DNA of 63,049 nucleotides from Phoronis australis (taxonomy: Eukaryota > Animalia > Phoronida). The stretch covers positions 501,400-564,448 of the forward strand of contig NMRA01000244.1 of assembly GCA_002633005.1 (NCBI GenBank), read 5' to 3'. Both the position numbers and the translations under genes were made by a program. Shown piece by piece: positions 59,890 through 63,049 of the stretch. Position 1 is the first letter of the stretch. Each line of letters begins with the position of its first letter. The notes under the pieces were generated by a model. That model had not been told where the DNA came from. It made no database searches and saw only the letters and a list, made by a program, of their open reading frames with translations.

Positions 59890-61145
59890 TACTTAACTCA
59901 GGGGTCACGTCAATCAAACAGAACAACAAAACAAAACAGTACAACTAAAAACATTTGTCAGTCTATATTCTGACAGGATGGGAGAAGTGCAAAACAGGTA
60001 AAAACCAAGGGGTGTGCCACATGGGTGTTGAGCCCTCCCATCGTCACACGTACATTTTGGTTGCTGGATCCTTGTGACGTTGACATTATTACGTGCTTAG
60101 GTGGTGATAAGATTTGGCCCTCGTTTTGGGCATGCACCCCCAAGGACATTTTGTAATGACCGGTGTCCATGCCCCTGTGGTTATGTCCGTACCATCCTGG
60201 CTACCGACTTTCCAAGTTTTCCTTACATGTTGCTCCCAGCTCAGTGCTGGTTTCATCTACATCCAACAGTGTCGCATGTGTTCCCTATTCAATGCATCAC
60301 GCTACTAGCAATTCAGACAACTGTTTTGTGCAGTAGATGTTACATAAATGAGAAGAAGAGAGAAAGGCAATCTATCACTACCACAATTTTGTAATCCATT
60401 CTGATGCACCCTCATACATAGTCTTAGAACATTCTATTATTTCACAGTGACACGCCAGTACAGGGTTAACTCCTCACTCTCCCACTATAGTCACTAATAG
60501 TTACAAGTCAGTTGCTAATCTGTAGAATAGCTCATAATTTATATAACAAATAATTAAGGGTTACTGAACAGTGATCAAAATATTCATTATCCACACAACG
60601 TCATAGCAAATTGAACTAAAAAGACTTGGATGACAAGACCATCGTTCCTTTTATCAATAACAGTAAATATTTCAGGTAAGTTACCGCCTGACCACGAGGT
60701 CATATATGTTACCTAGCAACAAGTGGGGCTTATATTAATCACAATCTCCAAATTCTGCATTTGGCATTGCATTGGCTTTTCCTTAAAAACAGGAAGTACT
60801 AGGTCAGGGACAAGTCCTTGAGACAGTTGCTTAGGAGACCCTGAGCAAGGAAAGCCCGGCCTAGAATATCTCTGTTATCGGAAACTTTACGAGTAAAGGA
60901 ACCAGTAGAAATGATAAGTTACAAGCCAGGTTATCAAACTCTTTGAAAAAAGAAATGACAGGTGATAATTTTAAAAGGGTTATTTGACACTGACTGCTTT
61001 TGATGGCCGAAATTACAAGGTGTCATCATTTTTGCTTCTGGAAATACTCTCATGTATATGGAGACAATTCAGACCAGAAAACGGCAAAATACACGCTCGT
61101 GTGGAATTACGAAATATATGCATGGTGACAGAATGGACAGAGAGA

Positions 61146-61377
61146 NNNNNNNNNNNNNNNNNNNNNNNNNNNNNNNNNNNNNNNNNNNNNNNNNNNNNNN
61201 NNNNNNNNNNNNNNNNNNNNNNNNNNNNNNNNNNNNNNNNNNNNNNNNNNNNNNNNNNNNNNNNNNNNNNNNNNNNNNNNNNNNNNNNNNNNNNNNNNNN
61301 NNNNNNNNNNNNNNNNNNNNNNNNNNNNNNNNNNNNNNNNNNNNNNNNNNNNNNNNNNNNNNNNNNNNNNNNNNNNN
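61146..61377. other. Assembly gap flanked by (GA)n
   Basis: Run of n. Confidence 1.
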
Positions 61378-63049
61378 GAGGGAGGGAGGGAGAGAGATAG
61401 ATCTGGTTGTGCCGTACATGCTAGGCCGTGCGTAATAGATACGGTTTTTTAAAACAGTGGAGTATGAAACGAAATTCCACATTAATTTACAATGCAGGAA
61501 CTCGAAAGACATATTGTTTGTGATGCATCCGTTCCTGCTTTGAGAACTTGTGTAAAAGAACTTATGAAACGGGTATGACATCCTCTGATCTTTACTGATG
61601 CAACTGTTACAGACTTTACCCTTTTTTGATGCCTACGACCAATAATCGTGCTGTCACCCAGTGCTAATGCATCGGTTTGCGACAATATTCAAAGTTAAAG
61701 GCAGGATTCAACTAAAATTTCATACTCCCCTGTTACAGATTGGACATTATCAAGTCCTTGGTGGGTGTCGCGTAATTCGCTGAAAGCGTAGGTCACGCTT
61801 GCACGATTTGCAGATTTTGAAATGTCGAGTTTTCGAACTTTCCTCCAAACTTTTGATGATTGTCGAAGCTTACAGAGCATGTTTTTTTCAGAGAACTGGG
61901 TGGTAAACTCGTTTAATATCAGTCAATAGGGATAAACAGGGTTTGGTGGCCTTTTAATCTAACGGAATCTGAGAGACCTCAGTTGTGTCTGACCCATCTG
62001 CAGGAAACGATGTCTATGTAGGCACAAGGAGTTGCACACAGTGGTGCAGTTGCTAGCTGTTGCTGCGAGGACATTGCATGTTTCGTGTAACGGAGGTCAA
62101 GTATGAAGCAGGCAATTTGCCATGTTGGTACACAGTGTCGTCGCTAGTTGGCGCTACGTCGTTCGTCCATTGCGCAAACAGATACACCAGGCCGCAGGAG
62201 TTCTATTCTTTTTACTCGAAATTGAACTCAAAATTATGTTTGGCATTTTCTACTTTTCTTTTTCTGCGAACTCAAGATAAGCGTCTATTATTCTATGATC
62301 GAATACATCATGACATACGTGGACAATTTTTGTCCCAGTTTGCAGTTGATAAACCCAACATCAGGTTAAAAGTACGAGTTTGAATTCGAAATTTTGAGTT
62401 TTCACTCGAGTTTGTATCACGAATGTAAGGGTCATCAAGGGCAAACTTGGACTAGAAACTCATATGCGTAAACTATAATGTATTCGAACACATTCTGATA
62501 ACCACTTATCTTGAGTTCGCTCTAAAGTAGCAGAGAAATTCCCAAAAATGATTTCGAGATCGTTTCTAGTACAAAGATTAGATTCTGGGCCCAGATCTCG
62601 CATCAGAATAAAGACGTAAAAAAGAAAGAAATTGACGAAAGTGGAAAAACTTTCTTTAAGAGAATCAAACTTATGTTATAAGAACTGTGATCATGAGAAA
62701 AAAATAAATGTCTGAGATTTTGAAAAAAAACGTATAACTGTTGATTCCCAAAGAAATATGTGTTTTGACTAGGTCTGAAATGTTGACACTTTTATAGCCT
62801 AAAGCATTAACGTTTGTGAATTAGTATCGCCGGGTATGTAAATCAGGGTATTGAATGAGCAGTCAATTGCAAGTCACATATCATATGAGAATGAAATCGT
62901 AATTATCATCAAGATATAACACAAATCCGAAATCGTACAGAATGCCACAAACAGTCATGAAGATGTTAAATCTCATGAGTCAATAATGCCACGGGTAATA
63001 ACAATAATTTTTCAAATAATCAAATGCAATAACGATAAAAATGCCCATA

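Larger units (their letters stand above)
58972..62330 (-). mobile_element. Possible decayed LTR retrotransposon (Gypsy-like): LTR-like about 59880->58972, degenerate pol upstream
   Basis: Minus strand TGTAA...TAACA ends, internal TATAAATA (about 59563-59570), ctagaa-rich repeats. Only faint integrase-like remnants at about 60600-61100; left boundary uncertain. Confidence 0.35.

Overview
Eukaryotic, TE-rich genomic window from an animal, probably a marine invertebrate (species cannot be determined from sequence). It contains spliceosomal introns, LINEs, SINEs, DNA transposons and scaffold gaps. Host genes: (1) a 14-exon copine gene on the minus strand (37292->24803, about 529 aa; C2A-C2B-vWA), and (2) two intronless paralogous genes (8585-11347 and 48454-51219) encoding signal peptide + about 25 LRRs + LRRCT + Ig-like domain + probable GPI signal. 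The LRR genes sit in a direct segmental duplication (about 4012-14275 vs about 47687-57510) flanking the copine. The two LRR proteins differ mainly at the solvent-exposed xxLxLxx positions of the N-terminal LRRs and in the LRRCT loop, a pattern reminiscent of diversifying pattern-recognition receptors (VLR-like, by analogy only). This is the most interesting candidate system. Second highlight: a Loa/R1-like LINE (1-4011) and a tRNA-derived SINE (15123-15363) share a T-tailed 3' end of about 90 bp with a covarying hairpin, suggesting a LINE/SINE partner pair. Also present: a Penelope remnant with a degenerate hammerhead, ISL2EU-like THAP/DDE/YqaJ remnants, a Kolobok nested in a Tc1, L2/CR1 fragments, a 39/108-bp higher-order minisatellite and a 224-bp intronic palindrome. 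Three duplications joined by single N bases are probably haplotype-overlap assembly artefacts.
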